A program made the translations under genes and the position numbers. The notes beneath the pieces are model-generated. The model was not told the DNA's origin, made no database searches, and saw nothing but the letters and a program-made list of their open reading frames with translations. From Lingula anatina (taxonomy: Eukaryota; Animalia; Brachiopoda), in the NCBI GenBank assembly GCA_051362555.1, contig CM120645.1, positions 19,282,001-19,346,000 on the forward strand: a stretch of 64,000 nt of DNA. Direction: 5' to 3'. This document shows, in pieces, positions 33,263-47,600 of this stretch (positions are counted from its first letter, which is position 1; each line of letters begins with the position of its first letter).

Positions 33263-35848
33263 TGTAACATGAAAATCTGACTCCCATGAAAATGTGACTC
33301 CCCAGTCAGATTTTCATTATGAAAATGTGACTCCCCAGTCAGATTTTCATAATGAAAATCTGACTCCCCCCATGAAAATTTGACTCCCCCTCCACAAAAC
33401 TTCATACATCTTATTTTATTTGAGTATATGACTGTGATCTTGTAGTATGTAAAAAGGAGGATAGATTGGCACATTTTTTTGTAGTTTGCAGTGAAAATTC
33501 AAATGAAAAAATAAGAAAAATAAAAATGAAATGAGCACATAATGAAAATCTGACTCCCCCATGAAAATTTGACTCTCCCATCATAAAACTTCATAAATCT
33601 TATTTTATTTTGGGTATATGTCTCTGATCTTGTAGTATGTAAAATGGAGGATACATTGGCACATTTTTTGTAGTTTGAAGGTGAAAATTTTAATGAAAAA
33701 ATAAGAAAATTTAAAATGAGCACATAATGAAAATCTGACTCCCCCATGAAAATTTGACTCCCCCATCATAAAACTTTATAAATCTTATTTTATTTTGGGT
33801 ATATGTCTGTGATCTTGTAGTATGTAAAATGGAGGATACATTGGCACTTTTTTGTAGTTTGAAGGTGAAAATTTTAATGAAAAATAAAGAAAATTAAAAA
33901 TGTGCACATAATGAAAATCTGACTCCCCAATGAAAAATTGACTCCCCCATCATAAAACTTTATAAATCTTATTTTATTTTGGGTATATGTCTGTGATCTT
34001 GTAGTATGTAAAATGGAGGATACATTGGCACTTTTTTGTAGTTTGAAGGTGAAAATTTTAATGAAAAATAAAGAAAATTAAAAATGTGCACATAATGAAA
34101 ATCTGACTCCCCAATGAAAATTTGACTCCCCCTCCACAAAACTTCATAAATCTTATTTTATTTTGAGTATATGACTGTGATCTTGTAGTATGTAAAAAAG
34201 AGGATAGATTGGTACATTTTTTGTAGTTTGCAGGTGAAAAATTATGTGAAAAAGTAAGAAAATTAAAAATGAGCAAATAATGAAAATCTGACTCCCCCAT
34301 GAAAATATGACTGCCCGTCCACAAAACTTCATAAATCTTATTTTATTTTGAGTATGTGACTGTGATCTTGTAGTATGTGAAATGGAGGAAACTTTGGCGC
34401 TTTTTTGTAATTTGCAGGTGAAAATTTTCATGAAAAAATAAGAAAATTCAAAATGCCCACTTAATCGCCTATTGTCTCCCCTATGAAAAAGTTATTTAAT
34501 ATTTGATGATCATTTCAACACCTTTTCTTTTAGGATACTTTATGAAAAATATATTGGAAATATTTAAAGGTTTGATGATAAAATAGTGAAAGCATGAAAA
34601 AGAAATCATGAAAATCTTTATTTTTACACCCATGAGATTTGGACTTCCATGGAGAAAAGGACCTATTTTATATTCAGTCACCATACCACTGTTTTCCACA
34701 TAGTTTGCATAGAGATCGATATTTTGTCATTATTTGAAAGTTTGATGATGAAAATTTTGGTCAATATTTTTAAAACAAGTATCCATCTTTATTCTTGTAG
34801 GTTTTGCACTCCCATGTCAAAACACTACATTTTCATTATGTGCACATTTTTAATTTTCTCATTTTTTCATTAAAAGTTTCACTGCAAACTACAAAAAATG
34901 TGCCAATGTATCAACCATTTTACATGCTACAAGATCACAGTCATATACTCAAAATAAAATAAGATTTATGAAGTTTTGTGGCAGGGGAGTCAAATTTTCA
35001 TGGGGGAGTCAGATTTTCATTATGTGCACATTTTTAATTTTCTCATTTTTTCATTAAAATTTTCACTGCAAACTACAAAAAGTGTGCCAATGTATCAACC
35101 ATTTTACGTAATACAGGATCACAGTCATATACTCAAAATAAAATAAGATTTATGAAGTTTTGTGGAGGGGGAGTCAAATTTTCATGGGGGGGTCAGATTT
35201 TCATTATGTGCTCATTTTTAATTTTCTTATTTGTTCATTAAATTCTCACTGCAAACTACAAAAAATGTGCCAATGTATCAACCATTTTACATGCTACAGG
35301 ATCACAGTCATATACTCAAAATAAAATAAGATTTATGAAGTTTTGTGGCAGGGGAGTCAAATTTTCATGGGGGAGTCAGATTTTCATTATGTGCACATTT
35401 TTAATTTTCTCATTTTTTCATTAAAATTTTCACTGCAAACTACAAAAAATGTGCCAATGTATCAACCATTTTACGTAATACAAGATCACAGTCATATACT
35501 CAAAATAAAATAAGATTTATGAAGTTTTGTGGAGGGGGAGTCAAATTTTCATAGGGGAACCACATTTTCATCATGTGCACATTTTTAATTTTTCTTTTTT
35601 TTTATGAAAATTTTCACCTGCAAACTACAAAAAAGTGCCAATGTATCATCCATTATGCATACTACAAAATCATAATCATTTACTCAAATAAAATGAGATT
35701 AATGAATGTTTTTTTTGGGGGGAGTCAAAATTTCATGGGGGGAGTCAGATTTTCATTATGAAAATCTGACTGGGGAGTCACATTTTCATAATGAAAATCT
35801 GACTGGGGAGTCACATTTTAGGGGAGTCAGATTTTCATGGTACACCGG
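33263..35848. mobile_element. 2.6-kb foldback element with long inverted arms of about 184-bp tandem units
   Basis: Ends TGTAACATGAAAATCTGACTCCC / GGGAGTCAGATTTTCATGGTACA; 6 units on the left (33351, 33541, 33726, 33910, 34094, 34279), 5 inverted units on the right (34830-35750), about 350-bp spacer, no transposase. Confidence 0.88.
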
Positions 35849-36521
35849 CTCTAGTGAACAGCGGCAATGTTACACTTCCGTCAATCAGATAGAACTGCTC
35901 CGCAGTGAATCTGCAGTTGAATGTCATCAGACCAAAATGAAACGTAAAACAGATTTAATTCTGCTTTATTTAATTTTATTTGCTGTATTTAAGATGTAAA
36001 GTGAAAAAATAAATAATATTCTTCGAAAAGAAAATATATATCCAATGTTTTTGTATTTTTTGCTTATCAAAGAACATTTAGTCCTGAGATATACACGTGC
36101 ACAATACACGTGCTTGCCGTGTGCCAAATTTGACAGCTACACTGTATGCCCGATACCACTATAAGGGCTGCGCAATGGCTACACGAAAATCAGTTTTTAA
36201 AGCAGAATGTTGCTTGTATTGTGGCACTGACCTTCGACTGCAAGATATTTTCAATTCAAACTTTTAACTCCGTGTCAGGCACTTTAATTGCTTCTTGTCT
36301 CGTCTGCACGAGATAACTTCAGCGCAAGGCGGGAAAGGCAGCTCCAGGCGGCCAAACCTGTGACGTACGAGACTTATGACTTCCAAATATGGATCCAGGC
36401 GGATACAGCTGTGACGTGTGACTTCCAAATATGGAAGCGCCCCAGGCAAAATTTTGAAGAAGAACGCCCTCAGATTGTCGCTGTTCGTCAGAGCCAGTAA
36501 AAGCGACCCCATCACAAGGTA

Positions 36522-37132
36522 TATTTAACAAGCTAGCTTTTACGTTGCTCTGACACTGAGGGTACCTTTTTGGCCAATGTTGTATGAATCTAGGATGAAT
36601 AAAATTAAAAACTTACACTTTATTCGAAATGGACATCTTCATAAAGTAAGAATGAAACTTGGGCATATTGTCCGGATTTTGCAACGGTTTGTTTCAACTC
36701 GTGTGTCCTTGCCCTGTACGTGAAATACATTTTTTCGTCATTAAGGACAGTGAATGTAATATTCATCTAAATGATCTAAAACAGCAATTGCTGACCATTG
36801 ATTGCTGACCATCCATTCATCTGTAACTAAATGCACGACTTCATTCATCGGTAATTAAATGCACGACCTTTGACACAAAAAAGGAAATCTGAATAAAGTG
36901 TTGATTAGAAATTCACGACAATGCATGTACAATGCCATATATTACATCAGGAGAAAGTCGGAGAGCGATGTTTGGCAGGCGATAGGTTACAAGAGTTGTA
37001 TTCGCTTCTACTAGAAAGGGTTTACCAGTTTTGTTGATATGAAATCATTAAAAGCTATTGTATTTCTCTCTTTCTGCCGACATACTAAGTATTTCATTTT
37101 TGTTATATCTCAAAAAGCTAGCTTGTGAAATA
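36522..37132. mobile_element. Possible old MITE of about 610 bp
   Basis: 20-bp inverted repeats TATTTAACAAGCTAGCTTTT / AAAAGCTAGCTTGTGAAATA (1 mismatch). Confidence 0.45.
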
Positions 37133-38258
37133 AGGTGCAGGAAACAAAGAGAAAATACATTTACTTTTGTATTTCAATCAATCAATAAGTAGTCTGGATG
37201 AAAGATGATAGTTGAAAACATTTACTTATACATGTGCCTTTCACTATATAATTTTGATAAAACAAAAGTAAAAATTCTGAAGGATATAAATTATTTTGAG
37301 TGGAAAATTGATTTCTGATTTCTAACTATAACTAACTAATTGAGTTAAAACAAAGAACTGAATAAAGTAAAAGATAATTAAATAGAAGAAAACTTTTTGA
37401 AAAAAGGTCTAATTATTCATCAAGAATACAATAATAACTCTATAATAATGTATTATTTTTATGTAAATGGTATTTATTACAATTATATAGTATGGTGAAC
37501 TTATTACAAAAAGGGATAAACCGATAAAAACACAAAAATTACAAAAATATGACAATTGTTCAATATTATATTCATTTCCAAAGAATCACATATTCTCGTC
37601 TGCAGCAGGGTTTAAGTTAATGGCATCTGACTCCATATTTTCTGTGCAAGCTGTAAATTCCTCTTCTTAAATCTGAAGATGGTGTCCGAGGAAGCATCAC
37701 AAAGTCATTCAGATTGTCAATTTTTGAAAGCATATATTCTTAAGACATGAACCCAACTTTCAAGTTATATATTCAGCGCTGTTTTAGGTTAACGTAATAA
37801 CCCACTTTTGCCAGCATTTAAAGATTAATTATGGTATAGAACTCTCTGTTTAAAGCTTTGCTTGTCTGGGCTGTTGGATTGCCATTGTTTAATCAGTTGG
37901 CACTTGTAGTTTCGCCTATAGTAAGTGTTAATTAAGAAGTCCCTGATTTTATATAGGTTGTAATTTTTAAACAAACTCTGTGTCACAAGTTTGAACACGC
38001 CATCAGTTTCTTGGCAACTGTACACTGCAGCATAATTTGGGGTCCTGACGGTTGACTTGCCGAATTTGTCGTTCCAAGTAGTCCAGTGACGACTGCCCAA
38101 AACTTTGGCACTTAAAATATTGTCAACCAGAATTACACCGGCTGTTTTCATGTCTGTTAAGAAGAAATAAAATAAAATAAAATAGTAATTGAAATAAAAA
38201 TATATCTTTCACATTTGTTAGCATGGATATATCAATACCACGCGATTATAACCTTTCA

Positions 38259-38690
38259 TTTTGCAACTCTTTACTCTTTGGCTGTACCGAAGAACGAATA
38301 GAAAAACTGCAGCGAATTCAGAATATTTCAGCGCGTTTTTTTAACCCGTGCAGCCAGAGAGGCTCGTATCACACCCATTCGAAAGCAGCTGCACTGGCTC
38401 TCTGTTAGAGCACGCATTTAATTTTAATTCATATGCATGCAGTTTTTTATCAACCAGCACGCCTATACCTACAAAAGCTAGTTCATCATTATGCTCCAAT
38501 GCGTAGTTTAAAATAACCAGTTTTTGCATATGTCATGTAATATCAGATAGAGAATATAAGGCGACCTTGCTCTTTAAGTTAATGAACCAAATGAATGGAA
38601 CATTCTCCCAATGTACGTAAAAACTATATAATCCGAGGACAACTTTTAAAAAGAATTAAAAACTTTTATTTTCAAAAAGTTTCATAACTG
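38259..38690 (+). mobile_element. L2/CR1-group LINE ORF2 3' relic
   Basis: FCNSLLFG...KLQRIQNISARF...ITPIRKQLHWLSVRARI matches the YCNSLL.G/LQRIQN.AAR/HITP.L..LHWLP tail. Confidence 0.85.
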
Positions 38691-39089
38691 ATTAGACTGG
38701 CTTTTATCTTCATATTTAAATACTATTTACTATAATTTAAATATCCTAACATTTTAACTTTCTATATACAGACTAGACATTTAATATGGAATATTTTTTC
38801 CAAAACATAATTCATCAGTTTTTTGTCCTATGTTACTTACTGATAAATGAAAATAAGGATTAAAATCGTGTTTTAATAACTTTTGATAATATCTTTATTT
38901 GATGTCATTGTGACATCAGTTCATTAATTGAATTCGTCAGTGAAGGAAACAAAAATACATTGCCTATTTTACGTCATACGACAACCATTAAAAGCGATAT
39001 TTTCTATCTCCATATTTTCCTAATTATTGTCTTTAAAAGAGTTACACGCCCCACAAAGACCCCCTATGTCAGTGTCAATAGTCACAGCA

Positions 39090-39790
39090 ACAGTCACTGT
39101 TACGCTTGACCTCATCTTGCTGCTACCAGAGTTTTCAAGACGCAAGATATTCCTTATGATAGGTTTTTAGAGTTTAATCTGGAATAAAATTCCAGAATAC
39201 GGTTAAAACGTGTCCAATTTGGCTCAGCTCAGTTTTGATGTAGGACATGCTGGCCGTTGATTCAATGACCTACCCACGTACTGCCTATATGTAGTTCAAA
39301 TATGGCGATTTCGATGACCAAGGAAGCTACTCATTCCCTTGGTTCTGTAAGTTATCTGCAATTAAAAGTGCTCTGTGTGAACCGGCAAACTCATCCTGCA
39401 ACCTGAAATTGTTCCTAAGGTGCCCCCTATCAAATAATAGTCAAGTGGTTCCCAGATTATTCCTTTATTTGATCTTGTTCAGATTTTCATCGATGACTAC
39501 CATTGGTGTTTTGGCACCAATGTGGCATCCACTCCAAATAGTGACATTGACAATGACTGTAGTCACTTAAGAAGTGAAGTGCGTACTGTGAAATGCGTAC
39601 TGATACACACCTTGAAAACGGGTAGTGTGGTCCGATTTACCGGTGAATTCAGGATCATTCGGTGCCGAGTCTGGTAGTTGGGTAGGCCTGCAGTTGGAAA
39701 TTGCGTTTACGTATTTCTTTGGTTGCAAAATGCGGCTTTACAATGACTCTACAGGCTGTGGCTGGGTGTAGCTAATTTAAGCTCCCATCT
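39090..39790 (-). mobile_element. Tc1-like transposase relic (DDE region), heavily decayed
   Basis: Minus strand KTPMVVIDENLN...LQDEFAGSHRALLIADNLQNQGNE*LPWSSKSPYLNYI...FWNFIP...LVAAR parallels QDDNARPH / WPS.SPDLNPIE. Confidence 0.8.
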
Positions 39791-41902
39791 TTCACATAAA
39801 AACCAAGTAACAGGATATCAATAACAAGTGCTCGGATAGAAGCATCATAAGCAATGAACGTGAGACACAAGGTTACATTGCAACTTAACTTTTTCAATTA
39901 ATCAATTTATTCTATATAAATATCATCCTACAAGCCTATTGATCTCGCAGGCTTCTAAACAACAAGTCAACCCCCCCCCCCCCCCGCACGCCATATTAGC
40001 AGGTTTCCAAAATGACGACTATACCGCAGATAATACAGAAGTCCTATATGTATATATCGAAAAGAAAGGAAAGGGCCCATTGTGCACAATTTTTGTCTTT
40101 TTTATTTTTTTTTCTTTGGGGGGGGCGGGGATCGGAAACGTTAGGATTAAAGTTTATCTGAATAAGTGAATAAACCCAGATCCGAAAGACTGCATATCTT
40201 AAAGAGATAGTGACATCCCTCAGTCCACCTAGAAAATATTGGAAGGAAATGTGTGCATGTAAATGCTTTTTTTGCCTAAAGCAACCTCTCAACTCATTTA
40301 GGCAGGACACGCGTGCGTGGCTATAATGTACTGTAATCAGGATTATATCGTGTTACTTTTCAAGCCCTTTAAGAAAAAAAGTAAAAGAAAAAGACCACTT
40401 ATCTACACAAACAAATGAAAGTGCTGTCGTGAGAGGGAGGGCACGCGGCTATTTGCGCAAAAACATAATTAGCGCTTTTTCAAGAAACGGCTACAGGGCA
40501 TCTCTGTAATACTGTATAGAGTTTTTGTAATCGTTGATAATGGACAATTTGGTGGAAGACACCTGCTCCTGGATTCGGAAAAAACATATATATACGTGTT
40601 TATTCCAATGAGCTTTCAATCTAGAAATGTCTGTTGACCTTTTTATGGTGAGGAAACTTTAGAAGACGTTTGCTTCAGCTTGCTCCTGTCATAGGTACTG
40701 GCTGAGATCAGGTATATATGAAGTCTGTACAGTTCGCATAATATTTTCAATGACAAGAGTAATTGCTAGTTACCATTCATCCTGAGCGTCTGAAGTTCCC
40801 TTTTGTTATTGTTGTGTGTTTTTTGTGACCTCTAAAACTGGGGTGTTGTCAATCTATTCTTGTATAAATCTCATCGTGCTACCCTTCTCAGTGCGCCGTC
40901 TGATTTTGATCAGCTCACAGTAGAAATCTAGTCCCTCAGTTGTCCCGCATGCAACCGTTGTGATTGAGGCGAGTTCATGAGTTTAGTAAGATTGTCTTCC
41001 TTCTGTGGGCTAATCGTAATCAGACGACCTTATTCCATGGTATGCTGGAAGTTAGGTCCATTCATTTTGACTGGAAAATAGAACGCTGCAGCTGTTTACC
41101 ACACAGTTTTTCGTGTGAATAATGGGTTATTGGGTTTAATTACAAATTTAAGGAGTAAAATCCCAATGTAAGTCCTTAATACCAGCATTTAAACTTATTA
41201 TGCGAAACTACATGTATATATAGATGAGAGATTTAAATCACAGAGATAACTTTTCTAGACTGAAAGCATGAGATCATTCCTAAGGAGAAATAAACAAACT
41301 GGTATTATAAATATTTTTAAAATGAGCAGATTTTAGAAACAATACGTTACCAGCCACTACTCTATGCTCATAGGATCAAAAAAAAAAAAAAGAAAACAAT
41401 GGCAATAATAGTGAGAAACACGCAGGCTGAAGGAAAACGTCTTTAGTTATTTCTTTAAAAATTGTGAACTTTGAGCTGGTGTCTTGTGTTTGACTTGCCG
41501 TTTCAAACCATTCATTTGCATCGTTGCATGACCAGGTGAAATCTTTCGATCAGACCGGACAAAATTGAACGAGCGGCGACTCACTGTAAAATAGAGTCGA
41601 AGTTTATTTTCGATTCATAAGTAAATGCAGTTTAACAAATATAATTCATTTATTTATTTTAAAACCTTTATTTTGGGGATATACCTGTACTGGTATGGAC
41701 GTGACCGGAAGTCACATGCAGGCATTCATGTCCAAAACTCATTTTCCAAAATACATCTCTCAATTGTTTGAGAAAATTGGTCACTTAGCAAAGGTATTTC
41801 AAATGTATTTACGATAATACAAAGGTATTTACGACCAGAAGAAACACACATATATTTTTACTCCTTTTCGGTAATTAACGTCAACCATTTATTTCAGAAA
41901 CC

Positions 41903-44668
41903 ATGGTTTCGTGGCGGGGGCAGCTTTTACAGTTACGCGTAGCCGTATTAATTGTGTTCCTGGGTGCTGTCGCAGAGGGAATGGTCCCAGTAAAAGGGAT
42001 GGGTAGCGTCGGTACAACTTATGACACGGCGTCGGAAGAGGACGGGCGCTTGGGGAACTCCAAAGCTAACAGAAGTACCGCTTTATACAGCAGTGAAGTG
42101 TTAAATACAGTTGCTTCAGACTGCCTCAAAAACCATTTTGCTGGTGATGGGCAGTATACTGGGGAAAATCTGAACAGTTTTGGTCAATGTATGGTGGAAT
42201 TTTGTAATGTTGGGTATGGAGATTCTGGTTGCAAGTCGTGGAAACATTTCAGGTCTCCATGCGGCCGACTGTTCAGTCCACTAAGAACCATAGGCGGGGA
42301 CTACTACCCCAATGAATTCTGCCTGTGGCATATAGAGGTGCCTATGGGCTTCATAGTTAACCTCACATTCGAATTTTTCAACTTAATTTTTCACGAGGAT
42401 TGTCCATATGATTTTTTAGAAATATACGACGGGAATACTACAGAGAGTCCATCGATCGGGAGGTTTTGTGGCAGTTTATTTCCTTGGCATTCCTATTCAT
42501 CGACTTCTTTTATGACAGTCAAATATAAGACCGATGACAGACATGAACACCAGCTGGGGTTTAGGGCATTTTACACAGCTCTGTCATCTAGCGCTTGGAA
42601 ACCTGTGAAGTCTACAATGAATTCGATTTATATCAACAAAACTGGAATATTGGAACATTCTTTTGACACCGTCACATTCGTGTCACAGTCACATTTTTAT
42701 CATCACTTTTACATTAAGACAGATATAGGAAAGGTTTTGAACATGGCCTGGGTGTTGTATGCAACGACAAATGACTTGGCAAGTGCTGTACGCATTTTTG
42801 ACGGACCATCCGAAAGAGCACAACTATTAGTTCATCTCACGTCATACTCTTTCCAAACCACAGGAAACACCAACGCCAGAACTCATCAGCTGTATGTCAT
42901 CCTTGAGCAAAGCAGGTCCGTCGTGACTATGTTGTTTTCAGCAACTTTTGCCTCAAACTGGATGCAGCCGTGTGACAAAACCCCAAGCCCAAGGAGCTCC
43001 CATTGTATTCAACAAAGAGCTGACATACACCAACTGGAGTACACTAGCCGTGCTTCCGAATACTTGCACTACCATGTTGATTGGTTTGAGAGTGGGCGCG
43101 GTGAGGTATCATATGTAGAACATCACTATGGAATGATTGTCGTGTATGAGGACAGGTCTGATAGCCTTGTAGATGACAGACCCGTCGTGCTTATGCCACA
43201 GGCAGGACAGTGCCCCTATGCTGGCTTGTTCCTGTTTATAGACGGATGGGGACACAATGCTTCTTTGACCATCGGACCCTTGTGTACAAGCTTTCGGGGA
43301 ATATATGTGCCTTACCAATCTTTATATGTTGTATCGTACTCTGTCGGCGGACTTTTCGATGGGATGACCAATGGAAATGCTATTTTTTATGGACTGATAA
43401 CATTCCGAAAATACCACGAACCTATACAGGATGTGCTATTTCATCCTTACCTTGATTTTAATCTAAACGCATCGGAGTTTGGTTATTCTAAAGTGATTAA
43501 AGGTCAGTTCAACAACGGAAGTTATGGAAGAAACTTCACAAGGAAAAAAGCAGAGGTCAATATTTTCCTGACAGAGAAACTGACATTAAAAGATTCATAT
43601 CATCGGAGGTTCTTGTTTGAGTATGACCTAAGCTTTCAGCCACCAACAGACATAACTGATGATTTCGATATAACTATTTCATCGGATGCGGTAACAAGCA
43701 ACCCCTTCACTGTTACCTTCACATCTACTTGGCAGATAAGTAAGGTTAAAGTTCGATTAATTGTTTGGCGTCCCTATCATGTCATTGATATACCATTTAT
43801 CCAACCTTACAAACGGACTGAAAAGGTTATGTCGGATTTCTTTGAGACAAGCATGTATTTCCCTTCCCCAGGATCCAACCAAACTATTCGCTTCCGAGTT
43901 TTGTTGGCAGATTTTACTGCACACGAATCATTTAATTTTAAAATTGCCGTTTCTTATAAAAAGCTGTATGACGACTGTTTTAGCCATGCGTACCTTAATC
44001 ATTTCTTTAAAACATGCGGTATTTTAAATACTCATTGCACCCTTCCTTCGGTGAAAAATGAATCCAAAATCTTGTCACAAAAAGCATTCGGAACGCTATT
44101 CAAAAGTGTTTCTGACCGTGAACACTTTTTGGCCTATACTATTACTTTTGACGATACAGCTCAAAAGTGTTTCACCAGTAAAAAGGCAATGTATGGTATC
44201 AAAGAGTACTATCCCTGTGATGACCCAAGTGGTGACTGTATGATATCTTACGTTTTTGGGACACAGGACCCATTCGTTTGGTCCAGCATATCAAATTATA
44301 GATTTCTTCTTGAATTTTACCGACCAAATGACGACAACGATTTGACTGCAATGAGTGGAGCCTTCACGAAATATGCCTTAGATATAACGGACGGCTTCGC
44401 AAGCAGCATGGCAGAAACGACAAATTGCACAAACAGTAAATTCGGTGGAATCGAATATCGTGGCAACTGCTACAATCTTCATTTCTCCGATGACAAGATG
44501 TCATGGGCACAGGCAAAAGATCAGTGTTCGCAAAAGGGTGGTTTCCTTGGGATGTTTCACGACAACGCTGACCTCGATTATGTGAAGAATGCATTGGCGA
44601 GGGTCTGGATATCTGACCTCTTCATCAGAAGACGCTCCCTGGTGTACATCGGACTCCGCGGTGGGAAT
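41903..44668 (+). CDS. GRL101: Copy 2 coding exon 1 (signal peptide, CUB x3, CTL N-half)
   Basis: ORF 41903..44758; AAT|gtaagt. Confidence 0.9.
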
Positions 44669-47600
44669 GTAAGTAGACTATCTCCGTATGCTGTCGTGTT
44701 TATCAGGCTCGTGGACAGAGCATTGTTTAATACATTATTTTCTGTGATGGTAAAATAGACATACCTGTATTTGCATACATTGTAATCCTGTTTTCTTTCC
44801 AGTTCAAAGATAGTAAGTGATAGAAAAATAATTAGTGTTTGAGACATGTAATTGAAAACAGCAGTGCTGTCTATAATTAATAAGTACAAACTTGTATTTA
44901 GGATCATTCAACTATGTGGCCCGATGGAACAACCGGGGTTACGGATTGGTATGATCCAGAAAAATCAAAACCCCACTTTGAAGGAAAGTTAGCCATGTTG
45001 CAGCTAGACTCCACGACGCGTACCTTCTTCGATCCAAACATAAGGCAACCCTTGTTTGACGAAGGCCGGAGATGTACCATGATGGTTTTCACGTCTCCGC
45101 GCCTGTCTTCAAATTGGGTCCAAATCCCGTGCTATCTTGCTATAAATCACACCAGCGCTCTGTGCATGTTATCGTTGATTGAAAAGAAAAATGGTACTGA
45201 AGTGGTCAATTCAAACCTAACGGAATCTACCCCTACTGTTGGGGTAAAATTAGAAGGAGACACGTCCTCCCTCAAGGCAGTGTTGTCGTCAAGGACCTGT
45301 CCGGAAACGTGGTGGTTGATTGACAGACGTTGCTATGGATTGGTTAACATGACCTTGACTATTAAGGAAAGCGGTTTCACTTGGACCAGGTCAAGTGACA
45401 TTTTCATAAATACTGAACCAGAAGAGCGCAAAAAGACATATTTGGAGGCCGAGAGATTGGGGCGAGAACTTTGTCACAAACATGGCTGGCAATTTGGTGT
45501 TATTGACAAGGCACGTGGACAGTTGCTTGCAAACATCTTGTTAGCTTCCCGGTTGCCAACAGATAAGACCACGGTGATTGCGGAACCCGACTATGACTAT
45601 GCTAACTCTACCTGCATATATGGCACTTCTGTTGCGTACTTTTCTCATATCCTGCACGAAGAGTACGCCGACTTTGGCCAAAGGTGTAAATTCCTATCTC
45701 TTCCCATTTTATTCTTCCATTATTTTTCAACCATGTGATTCTAAAGTAGAAGAAGCGTTTGGTAGGGGTAACGGGTTGTTTCCACTTAATTCAGCTAAAA
45801 GTTTACTCGAATAAGTGAGAACACGGTAAACGATACTTAACTTAGCTACAGATATTGACGTTAACCCCATTTCGATTCTCCGTTGCTAGTTGTAATTTTT
45901 CTACCCCCTCCCTTCCTCTCTTAATATTTTGAATACAAGCATCTTTGGTTGGTGGTTTCAAAAATTTTCTCAGAGTAATGATTTACATATTTGAACATCA
46001 AATGGTCTCAGTTTCGGTGGAAATCTCAGTCTCTCCCCAACTTTTCCCCCTCTCTCTTCCCCCTCCATCCCTGTCTCTCTCCCTTTTCAGGGACGCAGAC
46101 TGAGCAAATCGCGTGGAAGGGGATGTTTTGAAGGCCATATATATTGAAAGCCAGTTATTTATACCGCCTGTTGTGCTCATTTAGACATAGATTGCTAATA
46201 CTTTATAGAGAACTGTAACCCCCCTTCCCCGAAAAATTATATTACTTTTGAGGGGCGGATCCAGAATTATTTGAAGGGGGTTGGGGGGGGGGGGGGTTCT
46301 GGAACGACAGGCTTCGGATGCGAAGCCGACCATCTCCCCCTTGGTGTGGAGTTAGGGGCCTGCTAAAGGGCCCGAAAATATTTTGGTGTTTTGGAGAGCA
46401 AATAGTGCCCTTTGGCACGGTTAGAGCTATGATTTAGCTAGTCAAAATTCTAATTTCAAGAGGGGAATATTGGTGTGATATATTTTTCAGAAACCGAAAG
46501 GGGGGGGTCTGGACTGGGGGGGGAGGGTGGGGCTTGTCTTTTAAACCGCAACTGCTTCTGCATATGATTCAACGATTACCATGCAAAATCATACATACAC
46601 GCCGTTTCTTTATGCATTGCAGGAGCCAACGAACGTGGGAAATAATTAATTGCACCCTGCCAAACATTGCTGCTGAGGACATCTTCTTGGACAGCATTAA
46701 ATTTGCCCTCTGTGAAAGAGACCTGGCCAATAGTTTGGACATAAATTGTAAAGAATCCGAATTCTTCCACGAGTGTTCCGACGGCACGTGTATTTTGAAA
46801 CACCACAAATGTGACGGTGTAAGAGACTGCATCAACGGGGATGACGAATCAGGTTGTCGTGACTTGCATGTCAAACAGAACAGCGAACTATCTAAACTGG
46901 GCAGCGAGTGTGGACTCCATGGATTTTCTTGCGACAACGGACATTGTATCCCTGTCTCCAAATTTTGTGACTTCTACCCGGACTGTTCCGATGAATCAGA
47001 TGAGAAATACTGTCGGCACCCTCCCTGTGACCCAAAACAGTTCCGTTGTTTTCGTGGCCAGTGCGTGCCTCTACAAAACCGCTGTGACAGAGTACAAGAC
47101 TGCCTCGATGGCACAGACGAACAGGGTTGTGGTTCTTTACAAGAAGACTGCGACGGTTTCGTATGCTTTTCTGGACACTGCCTGGCTGACCGGTATATCC
47201 GAGATGGCGTCTTTGATTGCCCTGGAAATTTCGGAGAAGACGAGAATACGACGCAGATAGCTTTCTCGTGCAAGACTAACATGGTGCCCTGTGAAGATGG
47301 CAGTAATATCTATTTCTGCCCTTGGAACGCTTGCATTCATGACATTCTAGGAGACGGCACTTTGGCGTACTGCAGAAGTGGCAACCATTTAAAAGGGTGT
47401 CAAGACATTCCTTGTTCTAGCCAAAGTCTTTTTAAATGCCCCAACTCATATTGCATTAATTTGCACAGTATTTGCGATGGTGTCCAAAATTGTCCTGGTG
47501 CAGAAGACGAACACAATTGCACGACACATACGTATTCATGTCCAGGTGCTTTTCGCGGTAAGGGAGACGGGTTTTGCGTACATGTGTCAGAACTTTGTGA

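Noticed and set aside
33196-35999. Repeated WGESDFHY ORFs
   Set aside because: Translations of the foldback tandem units
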